Shown piece after piece: positions 60,808-64,000 of a stretch of 64,000 nucleotides of DNA. The stretch comes from Diadema antillarum (taxonomy: Eukaryota): positions 868,001 through 932,000 of the forward strand of contig NW_027271324.1 in NCBI RefSeq assembly GCF_040938485.1. Direction: 5' to 3'. The notes beneath the pieces are model-generated. The model was not told the origin of the DNA. It did not search any database and saw nothing but the letters and a program-made list of their open reading frames with translations. Position numbers and translations under genes: made by a program. How positions within the stretch are numbered: the first letter of the stretch is position 1; each line of letters starts with the position of its first letter.

Positions 60808-61516
60808 TGTATAAGCTGATATTTTCGTGAGGGTCTAATTTTCGCGAATTTCGAGAATCATTGTTGAATCGCGACTTATAAACAACACGCGAAATTGTCG
60901 CCATACGCTGGGGTTTATCGTTTATAGGGCAGTTATACACTGCAAAAAGTCCGGTGTTAAATATGAAACACCGAGCTGGTGTTAAATTTCCGGTGCTCAT
61001 TTATTGTGTTAGATTAACACCTCCGGGTGTCATTTAAAAATATAAAATTGTTTTTGAATAGTTTCTTAGTCGCTATTCTTCTTGTTGATTTTTGTGAACA
61101 CAATTACACCATAGTAACACCAGTTGGTGTGGTCTCATATTGAAGCTGGACGGGTGTTATACCATTGACATTAACACCAGCAATATCAATTGAACACCAT
61201 GCGGCGTCATTGTTGAATTAACATCAGCGCAGTGTCAAAAATATCACCAGCTACAGTGTCAAATTAACACCACGAAGTGCCAGGTGAACACTTTTCAACA
61301 CCATCACAACATACTTTCTATACACCTGCGATGTGGGTGTGGTCCTCTATTGACACTTGATCGCTGTTAGATTTAACACACATGGTGTTAAATCTAACAC
61401 CGATGTTTTTGCAGTGTAGCGCACAATTACGATAGCATTGGTGTCAATCTCGCGAAAATGTCGACGATCTCCTCATTCGCGAGAATATCTGTTCGCGAAA
61501 ATAACAGCTTACTATA
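60808..61516. mobile_element. Short TA-type MITE (TTTTCGCG-rich arms) interrupted by a nested insertion
   Basis: TGTATAAGCTGATATTTTCGTGAG vs TTCGCGAAAATAACAGCTTACTATA. About 230 bp remain after removing the nested element. Confidence 0.6.
60938..61416. mobile_element. CACTG-terminated (CMC/EnSpm-like) non-autonomous element, 479 bp
   Basis: TA|CACTGCAAAAAGTCCGGTGTTA ... TAACACCGATGTTTTTGCAGTG|TA, with many subterminal AACACC/GGTGTT motifs in both orientations. Confidence 0.8.
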
Positions 61517-61994
61517 TATTTTTTTTATTGCCATTTACGAGTCTTTTTTTCACAAAATATACTAGTTTTCGATTTCGAATTCAGGGAGGTAAAATCTAAA
61601 AGAATACAAATAGGATTTCCATTTTCATTTGTTCAGCTGCATGGTGTTTAATCCCCTTCATTGTGTGCACCTTTTCACTAGATTCGGCCCACTCAGAATA
61701 GTTCATTTCTTTCGATTTCCTGCCTATAGGCTATAATTATATAGGCCTACCTGGGCGTCCATACAAGAAAATTGACGTATTTTCGGGGACATGTACTATA
61801 GGCACCATAATTATCTATGTCAATGTCATGGAAAACCCCGCAAGATGGGCAATATCAAATATAGCTATAGTTATGTCACGCTCAGCCGGAGAAAGTATAT
61901 CATACAGCAAACATACACTATACAATTTGAATTAATTTTCTTGAAGATCACATAAGTCCATTATAGAGTTAAATCTGACCAGTGGATTCCTTAA

Positions 61995-62094
61995 CCCGAT
62001 GAGGACGGGCTGATTTTGCTATAATACACTTTTCCCACAGACACGTACCTGTCGGAGTATAGGCCTACTATACTTGAAACTTGTCATGAATGGG
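61995..62094. mobile_element. 100-bp piggyBac-like mini-element
   Basis: TTAA|CCCGATGAGGAC ... GTCATGAATGGG|TTAA. The TIR match is 8/12. Confidence 0.45.
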
Positions 62095-64000
62095 TTAATG
62101 TATTTCGTGAAAGTGTCATTTTGTTGTTAGTTTCCAACTGGTGTAAGAAGCACTAGCACTCATTCAAAACGACATCTACAATACATAAAAGGGTATCAAA
62201 GTTATTTTGGCATACTATTATAGCGAAATACGCCATTGTATACACTTACCATGATGCCCCTGGTGACGCCATCATAAGCTTATAAGGGTGAGCTTAATTT
62301 TACCCGGTGTGACGCCATCTAGGGATGAAATTTTGACGTGCCCTTTACGTCATAAACCCTTTGCGTGCCACAACATTGATTAAAAAAAGAGAAAAGAAAT
62401 GTGCACATTGGACTCACTGGCACAAAAATTGTTAAAGAAGAGATTTTTGAGGTTTTTGGACGCGGGTGGGTAGCACCAGGGAGGTGAGAGCTCACCTCCC
62501 TGGTAGCACATTAATTGATTTTGTTTGTCTGACAGCACCCCCCCCCCCCCGGCCCCATGTATACTGGCAGTGACTGGGTACAATCACGGTTTGGTGATTA
62601 CAGCACTAGTTTGGCCTTGAGAATTTTGTATTGTTATATTGTCACTGGTTCTCACTTTACAGGTAGAAGACTTGCATGCTTGGAAAGGTTTTGGCTGATT
62701 TTCGGTGTGTCAAATCAAAATGACTTTATAAATTACTCTTGATATTTTCCGCTAACACCAAGTGAAGTTCTCTAATTTTTCTTGTTTTTAATACTTTTGG
62801 GCCTATAGACCTGGAGTATGAGCCAAATATTGATGATTTCAATGGAACTCAGTGTCCTCACAGACTCATTGATTTCTGTACCTTCGATAACTTAACAGTG
62901 CTATTTTCTTTATGCAGGCTAGGGTTTGCGGACTCTTTGAGGCCATCAGAAAAATAGTAGACCTGTATAGATGCAGTTTCTTTGTGATGTTCCTCGAGCA
63001 ACAGACAAGAAAAATCATAGCAGTGACACCATATGCAAGTAAGTTTCCGTTTCATGTACATCCCAGTCCGCGTATAGTGAGGACTATATACCTCTTAAGA
63101 ATTTTATTTTATTTTTCTGTGAAGTAGGTCTATAATAAGAATTGGAAATAAACAAACAAACGGAAAAATTCAGTGTCTTGTGAGTGCATTTTTATCACAG
63201 TTTTCGGAATTGGGTGTTGAGAAATCATTGCACATATATTTCGCACTTCCTGAAAATACTGCACATTTCGCAATGATACACAGCTATGCACATTACGAAA
63301 TGTGAGTGCAATGCAAGCAAATTGCGAAATAAATATACTACTAGGCCTACTTTGGCTTTACAGCACAGTACACGCGGTGTACGTTCGTTGTACTTGTGCA
63401 AGGTGGGTGCCGAGAATGCCCTGGCACTGCCGTATGGACGTCGTGTGACACGAACCACTCTACTTCCCATTTCACGGCAGATTCACGGTGTGTGCATGAT
63501 GCACGTTGTAGTACGAGGAGGGAGCAAAGTGTACATGCACGGTACGGGGCTGCTAGTGCCATGCATGCGTTGTGCTTGCTGTGCGATGATATACTGTAGG
63601 CACTTTCACACAGTATCGCTACCGGGCAAAAGCGCACGATCCACGAATGAAGTTCAATCCGTGCTCGATGACCAGTTCTAACCACATCAGACAGCTGTTA
63701 ACGCAATAGTACGGAAATGGGTAAATCGAAGAAAGGAAAGAGTAAACAGGACGCTCATTTGAATTCGTAAGTTTTTATTCAGCGCTTGCATTTAGACACC
63801 TCTGTCATTATATACCTGGATAAAGAAGCCCCGAGTTCTTGTGGCTCAGTCATTCATGCTTGCGTAGTTGCGTATGTTGCATTTGCATTTAGTGGACATG
63901 TAGAAATGCTGTCTAACCATTGCATTAGGCCCTATACAAAATAGACATCTAAAAGTTTCTATCTCTTCATTCGATTAACGTTAGAAGTACCCATGACATC

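Overview
AT-rich, intron-containing eukaryotic DNA with many microsatellites and MITEs. It is most likely an echinoderm such as a sea urchin, inferred from the DEATH-NACHT-LRR receptor and the repeat types. Four protein-coding genes are well supported. (1) An ankyrin-repeat/SOCS-box (ASB-type) gene on the minus strand, CDS 6460-7866. (2) A lengsin-like class I glutamine-synthetase-family gene on the plus strand, main CDS 28232-29602, with a probable TATA box and a first exon ending ATG|GT at 25363. (3) A four-exon DEATH-NACHT-LRR NLR on the plus strand, 39416-44884, about 1104 aa. (4) A four-exon SLC16/MCT-type MFS transporter on the minus strand, 50904-55419, 569 aa. Between them are a young ~4.5 kb non-autonomous foldback element with ~1 kb inverted arms (9867-14388), at least ten hairpin MITEs, two LINE remnants, two tRNA-derived (SINE-like) sequences and six N-runs. 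The most interesting points are: the GS-like protein keeps its metal/ATP/glutamate residues but lacks the ammonia-site residues; the NLR has His->Leu in the winged-helix motif plus an insertion before the LRRs; the giant foldback element; and a possible unannotated minus-strand transcript at 32-35.6 kb. No CRISPR array, rRNA or intact tRNA was found. All calls are by eye; no searches were run.
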